A stretch of 64,000 bases of DNA from Nitrospinales bacterium (GCA_965223795.1 CBDCXL010000002.1:2304001-2368000); one strand, 5' to 3'; counted from the stretch's first letter, positions 29,502-40,338 are shown. Translations and numbers: made by a program. Notes: generated from the letters alone by a model not told the origin.

Positions 29502-31265
29502 TCAACCGCTTTTGAATTTTTCCAGGTCTTTGGGGATCTCGTCGAGAAAGCGGTCCTTGATGGTGAACAGGCCCGGCTTGCCACTGACGCGGGCGTAGCG
29601 GCGTTTTTCGTCGTTTTCGGTGGGATTGCCGACGCTCACGCGCCCGGCAAGATTTTCATTTCCTTTCCAGATGGATACCGTGACGCTGGGTTTGTCGAGG
29701 CCGGACTGTTTGTCGGTGAGCGGCTCCTCGACGATGGATTCGAATTCCAGGTTGGTCAGGGTCCAGAGAATGTCTTTGCCGAGAAATTCGGGCACCGCGT
29801 CGATCGTTTCCGGCTTTTTCAGCGCCCATTCCTTGCCCTTTGCCTTGAGTTCGAAAGTCCGGTCCGGATAGGCGATGGCGATGCGGTCGATGTCCTTTTT
29901 GTCAAATTGCAAAAGCTTTTTGAAGCGCAGATCGTGCAGCGAACGGAACAGTTTTTTAACCGTGTCCTTGCCCAGAGTGAACACGGTGCCGTCCTCGGAG
30001 CGGGTGGCGTAGACGTTTTCCCGGTTGATCGAGTCATTGCCCAGTTTCATCGTCCAGGGATTTTTGTTCCTGCGGTGGACGGTCAGGATTTTGGGTGGGA
30101 AATCGAGCCCGAACAGGGCGGGGCTTTTGTCCACGGTCTTGATGAATTCGCTGATCCGCGCCTGCTTCAGATCGATCAGCACGCTTTTCACGGCGGCGGG
30201 ATCGACGCGCAGGGATTGGGGCTCGGTGATTTTCCAGTCCTTCGCGCCGCTGCGCGCCAGCCGGATGGTTTCCTGGCCGTTCTGGATGTCGAGCTGAGTG
30301 ACGTTTTCCTCCTTAAACTCAAGCAGAGAGCGGTCCATGAACTCGTCGAACTGCCTGGACAGGATTTTGAACATCTGATTGCCCAGAAGGACGACGTTGG
30401 GAGCGCTCTCGACCTTGCCGAAATAGCCCGACGTGTCGCGCTTTTCTCCGGCCAGCAGTGTGAGGGGCTTTCCGGATTTTTTGGAATGCAGTTTTAGCGT
30501 CGCGGCCGGCGCGTTGAGGCCGAATGGGGCGAGCGATTTGGGCGCTTCTTCCACGAACTCCTTGACGCGGGCGTTTTCCAGGGTGTGCAGGAAGTTGTCG
30601 ATCTCGATGGTGTCGCCGCGGGATTTTAGATCCTTGTGCGACACTGTCCAGCGTTCGCCTTTTTTGACCAGGGTGAAATCGTTGTCCGCATTTTTCAGGC
30701 GCACGGTATCGATGTCCCTGGCGTCGAATTTCAACAGGGACTTGTCCCGGAGAGCGAACACCGACTGTTCGAAATCCTCCCGGGCGTCGGCGGCCAGCAG
30801 CACGCGCGTTTCCCCGCCGCGCTGGACGTAGACTTTCTGGTTGAGGGGATTGACATCGCCGATGGCGAGCGTGTGCTCCTTGCCGTCTTTCAGCTTGAGC
30901 CGGACCGTGAGTCCGGGATCCTTCAGGCCGTAGGAAGCGGGGTCTTCGGGGACCTCCTCGACCACGCGGGTGAAGCGGGCGCCGCTGAGTTTCGCCGCGA
31001 AGGCGTTGGCGTTTTCGTTGTCGGCCGCGGCCTTGAGGGGTTCGATCAACTGCCAGGTGTCCGCGTTTTTGCGTTTGAGACGCAGGTTCTGCGCGGCGGA
31101 CTGCAGGGCGAATTCGCTGATATCCGCGGCGTCGAACTGAAAAAGCTGTTCCGATCGCGCTTCCTCGCTTTTTTTCCTTTCCTGGGAAGGCAGCTCGACG
31201 CCGTAATAATAGGCGATGAGCGCGATCAGCGCCACGACCAGCCACAGGGTTCCTTTAAACCTCAT
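29502..31265 (-). CDS. DUF4340-like domain protein (three repeats) of a Gld-type ABC operon
   Basis: N-terminal TM anchor, repeated W.L.EP and (Y/F/S)GL..P motifs. Last gene of the ABC operon. Confidence 0.8.
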   Translation of the reverse strand: MRFKGTLWLVVALIALIAYYYGVELPSQERKKSEEARSEQLFQFDAADISEFALQSAAQNLRLKRKNADTWQLIEPLKAAADNENANAFAAKLSGARFTRVVEEVPEDPASYGLKDPGLTVRLKLKDGKEHTLAIGDVNPLNQKVYVQRGGETRVLLAADAREDFEQSVFALRDKSLLKFDARDIDTVRLKNADNDFTLVKKGERWTVSHKDLKSRGDTIEIDNFLHTLENARVKEFVEEAPKSLAPFGLNAPAATLKLHSKKSGKPLTLLAGEKRDTSGYFGKVESAPNVVLLGNQMFKILSRQFDEFMDRSLLEFKEENVTQLDIQNGQETIRLARSGAKDWKITEPQSLRVDPAAVKSVLIDLKQARISEFIKTVDKSPALFGLDFPPKILTVHRRNKNPWTMKLGNDSINRENVYATRSEDGTVFTLGKDTVKKLFRSLHDLRFKKLLQFDKKDIDRIAIAYPDRTFELKAKGKEWALKKPETIDAVPEFLGKDILWTLTNLEFESIVEEPLTDKQSGLDKPSVTVSIWKGNENLAGRVSVGNPTENDEKRRYARVSGKPGLFTIKDRFLDEIPKDLEKFKSG

Positions 31266-32833
31266 AGACGCCGTCTCCTCCACCAGTTGCGGACCCCGGC
31301 CAGCACCACCAGGCCGGGGAACACCACCAGACCGAGGATGTACATCGCGCTTCCCGAGGCGCGCGTCAGCTGCAGCGGGCTGTCCTTGCGCTCGCGCGGA
31401 CGGATCGAGATCAGGTTTTCCTCCTCGGCCAGCCAGGAGGCGGCGTTGAGGAAAAAGTCGCCGTTGCCGCCGGCGCGAAAGTAGCCGTTGCTGGCGAAAT
31501 CCGAATCGCCGATGACGAGCAGCCGCCCTTTGGGCTTGCCGGAGGGGCTTTTCTCAGGCGGGTCCACGGGAGCGTGGCCGGCGGGAAGCTCAGGCTGTTC
31601 CTCCCCGGTCTTGGTGGAGGCGAGCACGGCGACGGGCACCGGCCCCATGCGGTCGACGCCCTGATCGAATTTCACCTTTTTGGAATCGAAATCGGTTTCC
31701 GCCCAGCTGTTCTGCCCGCTCTGCATGAGTTCGGTGGTTTCAATGCCCTCGACCTCATTGGCGGTCACCGAACGCAGCACCGGGTAGACGGTGTCGAGAC
31801 CGAAATCTTTGGTGATGGCGTGCAGGGTGTACTGGCTGATCACCGGCGTCGCGAAGTCGCCGCCGAACAGTTTGGAAAGCGGGTCGATGATGATGTCCTG
31901 CTGCAGGCCGACGCCCCATTTTTCCAGAAGATCGGTCAGGCCGAATTCGGTTTTCGGGTCGGCCTGCAAAAGCACCGCACCGCCCTTGTCCAGGTATTCG
32001 GCGATGAGTTTTTCCTCCTCGGGAAGAATCGGTTTTTCCGGGCCGGAGACGATGAGCACGGAAGCGTCGTCCGGAATCGCGCCGCTTTGCAGCAAAAGCA
32101 GGGGCTTCACCTCGAAGCCGTCTTTCATCAGGGCTTCCTTGGCGGCGGAATAGCCCTGGTTTTCCTTGCTCTCGATGTCCTTTTCACCGTGCCCCTTGAG
32201 GAAATAGATGGTTTTCTTCTCGTCGCGGATCACCTTGGCGAAGGCGTTGGTCAGGTTTTCCTCGGTGGGGTTCTGCACCTTGGTTTCCTGCTTGCCGCTT
32301 TCAAACGCCACCGTGTCGTAGGTGGTGATGCCGTACTGCTTGACGATGGCCGGGTTGCGGTCGGGATCGACGAAGCTGAGTTTGATCTTGTCGGAGAGGC
32401 TCAAGTAGCCGTCGATCAGGTTCTCGAACTTCGTTTTGGTCGGCGCGTCGCTGCGGAAAAACGCGGTCAGCGTCACCTCGCGGGGCAGGCTGGAGACGAT
32501 CTTTTTGGTCTGCGGCGCCAGTGTGTAGACGCCGGATTCGGTGAAGTCGAAGCGGTGCTTGTGCCGGAAGGCCAGCAGGTTGACGAAGATCAGGATACCC
32601 AGCACCACCGCCACCAGCACAACGGCGTTCATGCCGTACAGCGCGGTGCGGGTTTTCAGGCTGCGCCGGATGGAATCCCAGCCGCCGACCAGGAAAAACA
32701 CGGCGTTGATTCCCGCCACGGCGGCGAGCGAACCCATCAGGATCGTCTGGCCGGGCAGCACCACGTAGAAAAACAGCGCCGCAAAGCCGAACAGGATCGC
32801 CAGCCAGCCGAAAATGGGAATCCATTGTTTCAT
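31262..32833 (-). CDS. GldG-like ABC transporter auxiliary component
   Basis: RFDFTE..VYTL, FVDPD, YFLKGHGE, VIGDSDF, N.DFFLNA.SWL and a C-terminal TM. Confidence 0.88.
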   Translation of the reverse strand: MKQWIPIFGWLAILFGFAALFFYVVLPGQTILMGSLAAVAGINAVFFLVGGWDSIRRSLKTRTALYGMNAVVLVAVVLGILIFVNLLAFRHKHRFDFTESGVYTLAPQTKKIVSSLPREVTLTAFFRSDAPTKTKFENLIDGYLSLSDKIKLSFVDPDRNPAIVKQYGITTYDTVAFESGKQETKVQNPTEENLTNAFAKVIRDEKKTIYFLKGHGEKDIESKENQGYSAAKEALMKDGFEVKPLLLLQSGAIPDDASVLIVSGPEKPILPEEEKLIAEYLDKGGAVLLQADPKTEFGLTDLLEKWGVGLQQDIIIDPLSKLFGGDFATPVISQYTLHAITKDFGLDTVYPVLRSVTANEVEGIETTELMQSGQNSWAETDFDSKKVKFDQGVDRMGPVPVAVLASTKTGEEQPELPAGHAPVDPPEKSPSGKPKGRLLVIGDSDFASNGYFRAGGNGDFFLNAASWLAEEENLISIRPRERKDSPLQLTRASGSAMYILGLVVFPGLVVLAGVRNWWRRRRL

Positions 32834-32840
32834 AGAAAGG

Positions 32841-33608
32841 CTATCTCCATCGTTGCGAATCCAGCACCCGGTGGGTGAGAAACAGGGTGAACAGCGTGAA
32901 CGTGATGTAGTACACCAGATCGCTGGTGTCCACCATGCCTTTGAGGAAACGGTCGACGTGGTCGATCAGGGAAAGGTAGGTGAGCGCTTCCGCCACGCCA
33001 GGTCCGGAGGACTGGGCGGCCCAGCCGATGATCCACATGAATAAGGACAGGCCGAAAGCGATCACGCCGGCGATGATCTGGTTTTCGGTGAGCGAGGAAG
33101 CGAAGATCCCCATGCCCACGAAGCAGCCCGCCATCAGCAGGATGCCCAGGTAGCCGGTGACGATCGGGCCGATTTCCGGTTCGCCCAGAATGATCAGAAA
33201 CCAGACTCCGTAGGAGGACAAAAGCACCATGACCGTCACCACCGCCATGCAGGCGAGGAACTTGCCGAACACGATCTCGCGCAGGTGCACCGGCGACGAC
33301 GCCAGCAGGGTGAAGGTCTTGAGTTTTTTCTCTTCCGCGAAGCTGCGCATGGTGATCACCGGAATGATGAGCAAGAGGATCACCAGCATGTTGTGAAAAG
33401 CGGGCTCGATGACGATGTCGTTCAGGTTCAGGCCGACGTTCATGCCCTGAAAGCGGCTGGCCTGCACGCTCTGCATGCTGAAAAAGCTCAGGATGTTGAA
33501 AAAGATCCAGCTGTTGATGAAGAGGAACACGGTGGTGACCACGTAGAACACCGGCGAGCCGAAGTACGACCCCATGTCCCGTTTGGCGATGACCCACGCG
33601 TTGCGCAT
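32841..33608 (-). CDS. ABC-2 type permease (GldF-like)
   Basis: ITMRSFAEEKK..T..LL, GKFL, SSLTENQIIA. Confidence 0.9.
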   Translation of the reverse strand: MRNAWVIAKRDMGSYFGSPVFYVVTTVFLFINSWIFFNILSFFSMQSVQASRFQGMNVGLNLNDIVIEPAFHNMLVILLLIIPVITMRSFAEEKKLKTFTLLASSPVHLREIVFGKFLACMAVVTVMVLLSSYGVWFLIILGEPEIGPIVTGYLGILLMAGCFVGMGIFASSLTENQIIAGVIAFGLSLFMWIIGWAAQSSGPGVAEALTYLSLIDHVDRFLKGMVDTSDLVYYITFTLFTLFLTHRVLDSQRWR

Positions 33609-33619
33609 GCTGGTTTCCT

Positions 33620-34564
33620 CTATTCGTGTTTGGCTTCGACTTCTTTTTCCTCAAGCGTGAGCTTGAGGAAAATGTCTTCGAGCGTCATGGACAAGGGTTT
33701 CAACTCATCGATCCCCCATTGATTGTCGAGCGCGAGGCGGGCCACCTCGTCCTGCAGGTGTGCGTTGATCTCGCATTCGAGCACGTACTGCTGCGGGTGA
33801 TCGGACTGCACCGAACGCACGTTGGGAAGATTCTGCAGGGTCTCGGCGATGTTGCCGGAACCGTTCCGCACTTTCAGAAAAAGCCGTTCGCTCTTGTTCA
33901 AAGACGCCGTCAGGCCGTCGAGAGAATCGACCGCGGCGATCTCGCCTTCGTTGATGATGATCACGCGCTTGCAGATCTGCGTGATCTCGGGAAGGATGTG
34001 CGAACTCAGGATGATGGTGTGCGCCGCGGCGAGCTCCTGGATCAGCTTGCGGATCTCGATGATCTGGATCGGGTCCAGCCCGATGGTGGGTTCGTCGAGG
34101 ATGAGGATGTCCGGGTTGTGGATCATGGACTGGGCCAGGCCGACGCGCTGCTGGAATCCCTTGGACAGCCGGCCGATGAGGCGGCCGCGCACGTCCTTTA
34201 AGACGCATTTTTCCACCACGCGGTCGATGCTCTGCTGGATCTTGTTTCCCGGAACCTGGCGCAGCCCCGCCGCGAACGCGAGATAACGGGAAACGGTCAT
34301 GTCGGGATAGAGCGGTGGATTTTCCGGCAGGTATCCGATCATTTTCCTGATTTCCAGCGACTGCTCGAACACATCGTGGCCGCCGATTTTCACCGAACCT
34401 TCGGATGCGGGCAGGATGCAGGCGAGGATGTTCATGGTGGTGGATTTGCCGGCGCCGTTGGGGCCGAGAAAACCCACCACTTCACCTTTGTCGATGCGGA
34501 ACGTGAGACCCTTTATGGCCGGACGCGGGCCGTAAAATTTCGTCAGGTTCTGGACTTCAATCAT
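33620..34564 (-). CDS. ABC transporter ATP-binding protein (GldA-like)
   Basis: GPNGAGKST, LSKGFQQR, LILDEP, SSH. Confidence 0.95.
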   Translation of the reverse strand: MIEVQNLTKFYGPRPAIKGLTFRIDKGEVVGFLGPNGAGKSTTMNILACILPASEGSVKIGGHDVFEQSLEIRKMIGYLPENPPLYPDMTVSRYLAFAAGLRQVPGNKIQQSIDRVVEKCVLKDVRGRLIGRLSKGFQQRVGLAQSMIHNPDILILDEPTIGLDPIQIIEIRKLIQELAAAHTIILSSHILPEITQICKRVIIINEGEIAAVDSLDGLTASLNKSERLFLKVRNGSGNIAETLQNLPNVRSVQSDHPQQYVLECEINAHLQDEVARLALDNQWGIDELKPLSMTLEDIFLKLTLEEKEVEAKHE

Positions 34565-34748
34565 GCATCGGCTCCGGCGGTGAAATTACGGTGGACTCGG
34601 AAAAAAAATTAAACGAAATCAATATAAGGAAGAACCACAGAATGCAGAATTGAAGTGGGAGATTTCGTTAAAAAAAATAGCATACAGCCTGATTTTTTTT
34701 CAATTAAAAAATTTTAATGGCACGCGGGTTGACCCCGTCGCGGTGCGC

Positions 34749-35399
34749 TCAAACCCGGAACAGCCCCCAGATCCACAGCGCATAAAAAACAACGAATCCA
34801 CCCGTGAGCGCCCAGCCGGGCCGGGGTTTCAAGGCGCCGCTTTTAGTCACAGCGAGGACAATGAACAACACGGCGCAGAGCACCCAACCGAAGAATCCCA
34901 CTTCCGCCAGCACCGCCCAGCCGGGCCGCGGCGATCTTTCTTCGCTGAGCCGCGAGAGGTTCTGTGCCTTTCTCTGTTCGAAGGTCAGTTCCTGTTCAGA
35001 CGGCGAGGAAGGCGGCGCCTTCGCCATCAGCGCCGCGATTTTTTCATTGCACTTTGCGATCCAGTGTTTGCCCGGCGTGAACACGCTGCGCGTCGAGTAG
35101 AAAGCGCTGCGCAACAGCCGGTAGGCATCCAGCGCCTGCTGCGGTTCGCCCGCGGCCTCATGGGCCTCGGCGATGCGCCACAGTCCTGCAGCGGCCCGGT
35201 CCGTGACGTCGAGACCGGGCAGGTACCAGTGGATGGCGCGTTCGTAGTGCGGCACCGCTTCGGCGTATTTTTTTTCACCGGCCAGTTGCTCGGCCAGCCG
35301 GAATTCGTCGTGGGCGCTGCTGTAAATTTTGATCACCGTGGTCACAAGCAGGATGCCGATGATGAGACCGATCCAGAGCGTTGCGTTTTTTGGGTTCAT
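34749..35399 (-). CDS. Membrane protein with TPR-like helices
   Basis: N-terminal and two C-terminal TM segments; AVPHYERAIHWY. Confidence 0.7.
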   Translation of the reverse strand: MNPKNATLWIGLIIGILLVTTVIKIYSSAHDEFRLAEQLAGEKKYAEAVPHYERAIHWYLPGLDVTDRAAAGLWRIAEAHEAAGEPQQALDAYRLLRSAFYSTRSVFTPGKHWIAKCNEKIAALMAKAPPSSPSEQELTFEQRKAQNLSRLSEERSPRPGWAVLAEVGFFGWVLCAVLFIVLAVTKSGALKPRPGWALTGGFVVFYALWIWGLFRV

Positions 35400-36433
35400 G
35401 TCAGTTTGATGCGCTGTCCTTTATTCTGCGCGGAACGGTAAATGGAAAGGATGACGTTCAAGGCCCTGAGGCCGTCCTTGCCCGAGGAAGCGGGCGGTGT
35501 TCCCCTGCGGATGCTGGCGACCAGGTCGCGGGCGCCGCCGATGAAAGGACTGACGTCCTTTCGGGGGGCGGGAAACGGAACGGGTTTGAGTTCGGTGAAG
35601 CCGGTGAAGCGTTTGCTCTTTTTCGCGAGATGCAGCTGCCGGCCGTCGTTGCCGATCATCAGACGACCTTCGGAGCCCTGGATGTCGAGCTCGAAATTGA
35701 AATAGTTGCGGGCGCCGCCGCCTTCGATGAATCCCATCGCCCCGCTTTTGAAACGGAGCAGGGCGCAGGCGGTCTCCTCGATGTGGTTTTTGCCGTGCGG
35801 CCAGACGGCGTGGCCGGACACCCAGTCGATGGGTCCGCCAAAGTATAACAGAAGGTCGGTCAAATGGGTGCCGTCGTGAAACAGGGGACCGCCGCCGTGC
35901 ACGTCGCGCGGCCGTTTGCCCGGCTTCCAGCTCAAGGCGTTGCCGACGATGGTGCGCACCTCGCCGATGCGGCCGCTTTGAATGAGGGCGCGCGCCTTGT
36001 TGTACCAGGGGTCGAATCGGCGTTCGTGGTTGACGCTCAGGACCACGTTGTTTTTCTCACAGACGCGGACCATTTTGCGGGCGTCTTTCAGGTTGTTGGC
36101 GATGGGTTTTTCGCAGTAGATGCCGCGCACGCCCGAACGGGCCGCATCGAGAGTCAGGGCCGCGTGCAGGTGGGTCCAGGCGGCGACACAGACAATGTCG
36201 AGGTCTTCCTGCCGGAGCATTTCTTTGTGATCGGTGTACAGGTTGGGCACGTTGAAGCGTTTGCCGAAGCGTTTGAGCCGCTCGGTGTCGATGTCGCAGG
36301 CGGCGGCGATGGCGACCGAGGGCAGGGCGGCAAAGCCGCCGGCATGGGTGCAGGGTTTGCCGCGCAGCGGATCGTCCTCCAGCAGCGCGCCGATTCTGCC
36401 GCAGCCGATCAGACCCAGTTTCAGTTTTTTCAT
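35396..36433 (-). CDS. Gfo/Idh/MocA family oxidoreductase
   Basis: GLIGCGRIG, CEKP, NHERRF, HDGTHLTD. Confidence 0.92.
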   Translation of the reverse strand: MKKLKLGLIGCGRIGALLEDDPLRGKPCTHAGGFAALPSVAIAAACDIDTERLKRFGKRFNVPNLYTDHKEMLRQEDLDIVCVAAWTHLHAALTLDAARSGVRGIYCEKPIANNLKDARKMVRVCEKNNVVLSVNHERRFDPWYNKARALIQSGRIGEVRTIVGNALSWKPGKRPRDVHGGGPLFHDGTHLTDLLLYFGGPIDWVSGHAVWPHGKNHIEETACALLRFKSGAMGFIEGGGARNYFNFELDIQGSEGRLMIGNDGRQLHLAKKSKRFTGFTELKPVPFPAPRKDVSPFIGGARDLVASIRRGTPPASSGKDGLRALNVILSIYRSAQNKGQRIKLT

Positions 36434-36646
36434 GCCGTGTCCAAAGATTTGAAGGGCGGTGGTGTGGGCGTGCCCTGGATGCTGCCGCTGGATTCTGTGA
36501 CGGGACTTTGCCGGTCTGGAAGTGAAACGCGTTCGGAGGATTGAAACGATCCAGACTCCGGTGGTGGCAGGAGTATAACACTTCCCGTGCGCGGATGCGG
36601 AAAGGATTTTATCCCCGTTTCGGGCCGTTTCGGGTGCTGAAAAGAA

Positions 36647-36674
36647 AAGACACGCCCGCGGGCGGGCGTGTCTT
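36647..36674. terminator. Intrinsic terminator downstream of the flagellin cluster
   Basis: AAGACACGCCCGC/GCGGGCGTGTCTT perfect inverted repeat. Confidence 0.75.
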
Positions 36675-36705
36675 CGTTGTGTGCCTTGCGCTGGCGGGCG
36701 CCGCG

Positions 36706-37554
36706 TCAGAGAAGGGTCAGCACCGCCTGCGGCGTGAGATTGGACTGGCTCACCATGGCGGAACCGGCCTGCACCAGGATCTGGTTTTTGGTCAGCTCGG
36801 CGAGTTCCACCGCCAGGTCCGCGTCCTTGATGGTGGTCAGGGCGTCGGTCAGCCCCTCGATCGTCACATTCAGGTTGTTCAGCGCCCGGGCGACCCGGTT
36901 CTGGGTGGCGCCGACCCGGCCGCGGATTTCGTTGAGAATGTCGATGGCGTCGGTCAGCGCGCCGAGAGCCTCAAACGCATCCGCCTGGGTGACGATGGTT
37001 TCATTGTCGATGCCCAGCGATTCGGCGGTCACCTCGGTGAGGTTGATCGCCTGATTGAGGTTGATGCGGCTGTCGGAGGTGGAGTCCAGCCCGACCTGAA
37101 TCACGATGTTCTGCGATGCGCCGGCGGCGAGGGAACCGTCGATCAGTTTCTGGCCGTTGAACTCGGTGGTGTTGGCGATGCGGTCGAGCTCTTCGCGGAG
37201 CGCGTCGAATTCCAGCTGGATGGTCTCCCGCTCGGTGCGGCCGATGGTGCCGGTGGCCGCCTGGGATGCCAGCTCGCGCAGGCGGATGAGGATGCCCGCC
37301 TGCTCGCTCAAAGCGCCGTCCGCGCTGTTGATCAGCGCCTTGCCGTCGTTGAGGTTTTTCGCTCCCTGCTTGAGAGCCTGGACGTCGGAGGTCAATCCTT
37401 CGGAGATGGCGAGGCCGGCCGCATCGTCGGAACTTTTGGTGATGCGGATGCCGGACGCGATGCGGGAAATCGAACGGCCCAGCTGCGACCGGTTGGACTC
37501 GAGCGCCCGCTGCGAATTCAATGAGGATACGTTGGTGAATATTTTGAGTGACAT
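36706..37554 (-). CDS. fliC: Flagellin (divergent paralog, 282 aa)
   Basis: IASGIRI...DDAAGLAISE, RLRELA, RGRVGATQNR, DADLAVE, QILVQAG. Confidence 0.93.
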   Translation of the reverse strand: MSLKIFTNVSSLNSQRALESNRSQLGRSISRIASGIRITKSSDDAAGLAISEGLTSDVQALKQGAKNLNDGKALINSADGALSEQAGILIRLRELASQAATGTIGRTERETIQLEFDALREELDRIANTTEFNGQKLIDGSLAAGASQNIVIQVGLDSTSDSRINLNQAINLTEVTAESLGIDNETIVTQADAFEALGALTDAIDILNEIRGRVGATQNRVARALNNLNVTIEGLTDALTTIKDADLAVELAELTKNQILVQAGSAMVSQSNLTPQAVLTLL

Positions 37555-37639
37555 TCTTTTCCTCCCTGAAAAGATTCAAGCCACAATATTTTTTTATCCG
37601 ATGAGCTTCTGCCGTGTGGTGTCCGGCGGATTCTCCCGT

Positions 37640-38497
37640 TTACTGGAGCAGCTGCAGCACCGACTGCGGGATCAGGTTGGCCTGACCCACCATGGCCGTG
37701 GCCGCCTGCACCAGAATCTGGTTCCGGGTCAGAAGCGCGACTTCTTCCGCGATGTCGGCATCGCGGATGGCGGATTCCGCTGCGGACAGGTTTTCCACCG
37801 AAATCGACAGGTTGGCGATGGTGCGCACCAGCCGGTTCTGCACCGCGCCCACTTTACCGCGGCCCTGGGTGACGATGGAAATCGAGTTGTTCAGCAGGTC
37901 CAGCGCGGTCAGCGCGGCGCCGGCGGTGGTCACGCTCAACACGTCGATACCGAGGCTCGAGGCGGTGATGGCCTGCAGGTTGACCTCGGTGTTGAGGTTG
38001 ATGCGGCTGTCGGTGGTCGCGTCGATGCCCACCTGGATCAGAATCTGATTGGTGAAGGCGACCGACGAGGCCAGCGAGCCGTCCACCAGTTTCTGGCCGT
38101 TGAACTCGGTGGTGGCGGCGATGCGGTCGATTTCGGACCTGAGCGCGTCGAATTCCAGCTGAATGGTCTGCCGCTCGGTGGAACCGACGGTTCCGGTGGC
38201 GGCCTGGGAGGAGAGTTCGCGCAGACGGATGAGAATACCCGACTGCTCGTTGAGCGCGCCTTCGGTGACGTTGATGAGGGAGATGCCGTCGTTGGCGTTG
38301 CGGATGGCCTGCCTGAGGGCGCGGATGTCCGAACGCAGCGCTTCGGAAATGGCGAGCCCGGCGGCGTCGTCGGCGCCGCGGTTGATGCGGATGCCGGACG
38401 CGATGCGCTCGACCGAGATGGCCAGCCTGTCGTTGTTGATGCCCAATATGCGCTGGGCATTGAGGGAGGGGATGTTGTTAAAGATTCTTATCGGCAT
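37640..38497 (-). CDS. fliC: Flagellin (285 aa)
   Basis: Conserved N- and C-terminal flagellin domains (ADDAAGLAISE; IRDADIAEE). Confidence 0.95.
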   Translation of the reverse strand: MPIRIFNNIPSLNAQRILGINNDRLAISVERIASGIRINRGADDAAGLAISEALRSDIRALRQAIRNANDGISLINVTEGALNEQSGILIRLRELSSQAATGTVGSTERQTIQLEFDALRSEIDRIAATTEFNGQKLVDGSLASSVAFTNQILIQVGIDATTDSRINLNTEVNLQAITASSLGIDVLSVTTAGAALTALDLLNNSISIVTQGRGKVGAVQNRLVRTIANLSISVENLSAAESAIRDADIAEEVALLTRNQILVQAATAMVGQANLIPQSVLQLLQ

Positions 38498-38669
38498 GTG
38501 CCTAATCCTCCTTGATTATTGAAACAATCACTTGCCTAGCCCCAGCTTCCTTGCTGGAGCCTGCCTGCTAATATCATCGGATGGGGTGTTTTTTTCGGGG
38601 CAACCTCCAAATGCAGATGGATGACGTGTTTCTTCCGGTCGTTTTGCAAGAGCAATGCAACTTTTGGTT

Positions 38670-38697
38670 GTATCGGGATTTTGAAAAATTACCTTTA
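38670..38697 (-). promoter_or_regulatory. Putative sigma28 promoter
   Basis: TAAA-N16-CCCGATAC upstream of the flagellin at 38497. Confidence 0.5.
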
Positions 38698-38796
38698 AGG
38701 CTTTTTTCCCGGCTGGAACGGCGTCAGGGGAAGGGGAGGGCGGTGGGCGGTGCGGCGGTGCGGCGGCGCGCTGCAACGCGGCCGGTTGCGGGGAGC

Positions 38797-38828
38797 AAAA
38801 AAAAGCGCCTCCGGGGAGGAGGCGCTTT
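38797..38828 (-). terminator. Intrinsic terminator after flaG
   Basis: AAAGCGCCTCC/GGAGGCGCTTT hairpin with a U-tail on the minus strand. Confidence 0.75.
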
Positions 38829-38874
38829 CGTTTTGCGTGTGCTTTCAAAGAGCACGCAAGAGCTTCAATAAAAC

Positions 38875-39204
38875 TTATGCGAACTCATTGAAGAAATCCC
38901 CTGGGGAGGGAGCGGGACGATTTTTCACCAGGGAAAAATCGTCCCGAGGAATCTGAACCACGATTTCCCCGGTTTTTGCGTTGATCACCTGGACGATCAA
39001 TTCCTGAGAATCGTGATCTACCTGGAAATCCACTTTCCGGTTCATCGTTCGTGTCAGATGGCCGTTTTCCTCCACCAGGATTTTATCCGGATGCGGCTTG
39101 CCGGAATCGGCCGAGCTGGATTCGTTTCCGGATGTTTTGAGACTCAAAGGCTTCTTAGGCGGAGGCCTAGGCACCGCCACATCCAGAGAAACTTTCAAAG
39201 ACAT
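38875..39204 (-). CDS. flaG: FlaG family protein
   Basis: RKVDFQVD..S.ELIVQVIN..TGEIVVQIP. GGAGGTG RBS. Immediately downstream of a flagellin. Confidence 0.85.
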   Translation of the reverse strand: MSLKVSLDVAVPRPPPKKPLSLKTSGNESSSADSGKPHPDKILVEENGHLTRTMNRKVDFQVDHDSQELIVQVINAKTGEIVVQIPRDDFSLVKNRPAPSPGDFFNEFA

Positions 39205-39257
39205 GCGGATCACCTCCAGAAACACTTTAAAATTTATAATCAGTTAAGGGGTATACC

Positions 39258-40115
39258 TTAACCTAAAAGCTGAAGTACGGACTGCGGCAGCAAGTTGGCC
39301 TGTCCGACCATGGATGTCGCCGACTGCACCAGAATCTGGTTCCGGGTCAGGGTGGCGACTTCCTCCGCGATGTCGGCATCGCGGATGGCGGATTCTGCGG
39401 CCTGCAGGTTTTCCACCGTGATGGACAGATTGCCGATGGTGCGCACCAGCCGGTTCTGCACCGCACCCACCGCGCCGCGGCCCGCCGTGACGATGGCGAT
39501 GGCGGAGTTGATGGTGTCGAGCGCGGTCAACGCGTTGCCGGCCGTGGTGACGCTCAGACCCTCGATACCGAGGCTGGTGGAGGTGATGGCCTGCAGGTTC
39601 ACCTCGGTGTTCAGGTTGATGCGGCTGTCCGAGCTGCTGTCGATGCCGACCTGAATCAGGATCTGATTTGCAGAGGCGACCGAAGAAGAGAGCGAGCCGT
39701 CGACCAGTTTCTGGCCGTTGAACTCGGTGGTGGCCGCGATGCGGTCGATCTCATTCCTGAGAGCGGTGAACTCGAGCTGGATGGTGGCGCGCTCTGTGGA
39801 ACCGACGGTACCGGTGGCGGCCTGGGAGGAAAGCTCCCGCAGACGGATGAGAATCCCCGACTGCTCGTTGAGCGCACCTTCGGTGACGTTGATCAGAGAG
39901 ATGCCGTCGTTTGAGTTGCGGACGGCCTGCCTCAGTGCCCGGATGTCGGAGCGGAGTGCTTCTGAAATGGCGAGCCCGGCGGCGTCGTCGGCGCCGCGGT
40001 TGATGCGGATACCGGATGCGATCCGTTCTACCGATTGCGCCAGGCGGTCGTTGTTGATGCCCAATATGCGCTGGGCATTGAGCGAAGGAATATTGTTGAA
40101 GATTCGAACTGGCAT
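39258..40115 (-). CDS. fliC: Flagellin (285 aa)
   Basis: Conserved flagellin termini. Confidence 0.95.
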   Translation of the reverse strand: MPVRIFNNIPSLNAQRILGINNDRLAQSVERIASGIRINRGADDAAGLAISEALRSDIRALRQAVRNSNDGISLINVTEGALNEQSGILIRLRELSSQAATGTVGSTERATIQLEFTALRNEIDRIAATTEFNGQKLVDGSLSSSVASANQILIQVGIDSSSDSRINLNTEVNLQAITSTSLGIEGLSVTTAGNALTALDTINSAIAIVTAGRGAVGAVQNRLVRTIGNLSITVENLQAAESAIRDADIAEEVATLTRNQILVQSATSMVGQANLLPQSVLQLLG

Positions 40116-40311
40116 TGCCTCATCCTCCTTGATGTATGATTGTCGTCAGGGTTATTGTTTTGGCCTCCATACCAAAACAAGCCTCCAAGCTTTAACCCTT
40201 GAGTGGAGAATCCCTTTCCCCACCCTGAAACATTCGTTTCCGGTCACCTCCTTGATTTTAAAATTGTTATCAAAATTCCGCGAAATGCGGCACAACTTCC
40301 CTCAATCAGGC

Positions 40312-40338
40312 CTATCGGACGGAGCGAGATGAACTTTA
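40312..40338 (-). promoter_or_regulatory. Sigma28 (FliA) promoter
   Basis: TAAAGTTC-N11-TCCGATAG. Confidence 0.75.

Noticed and set aside
38644..38660. Sigma54 promoter upstream of a flagellin
   Set aside because: Reads TTGCAT-N5-TTGCA and lacks the invariant GG at -24.
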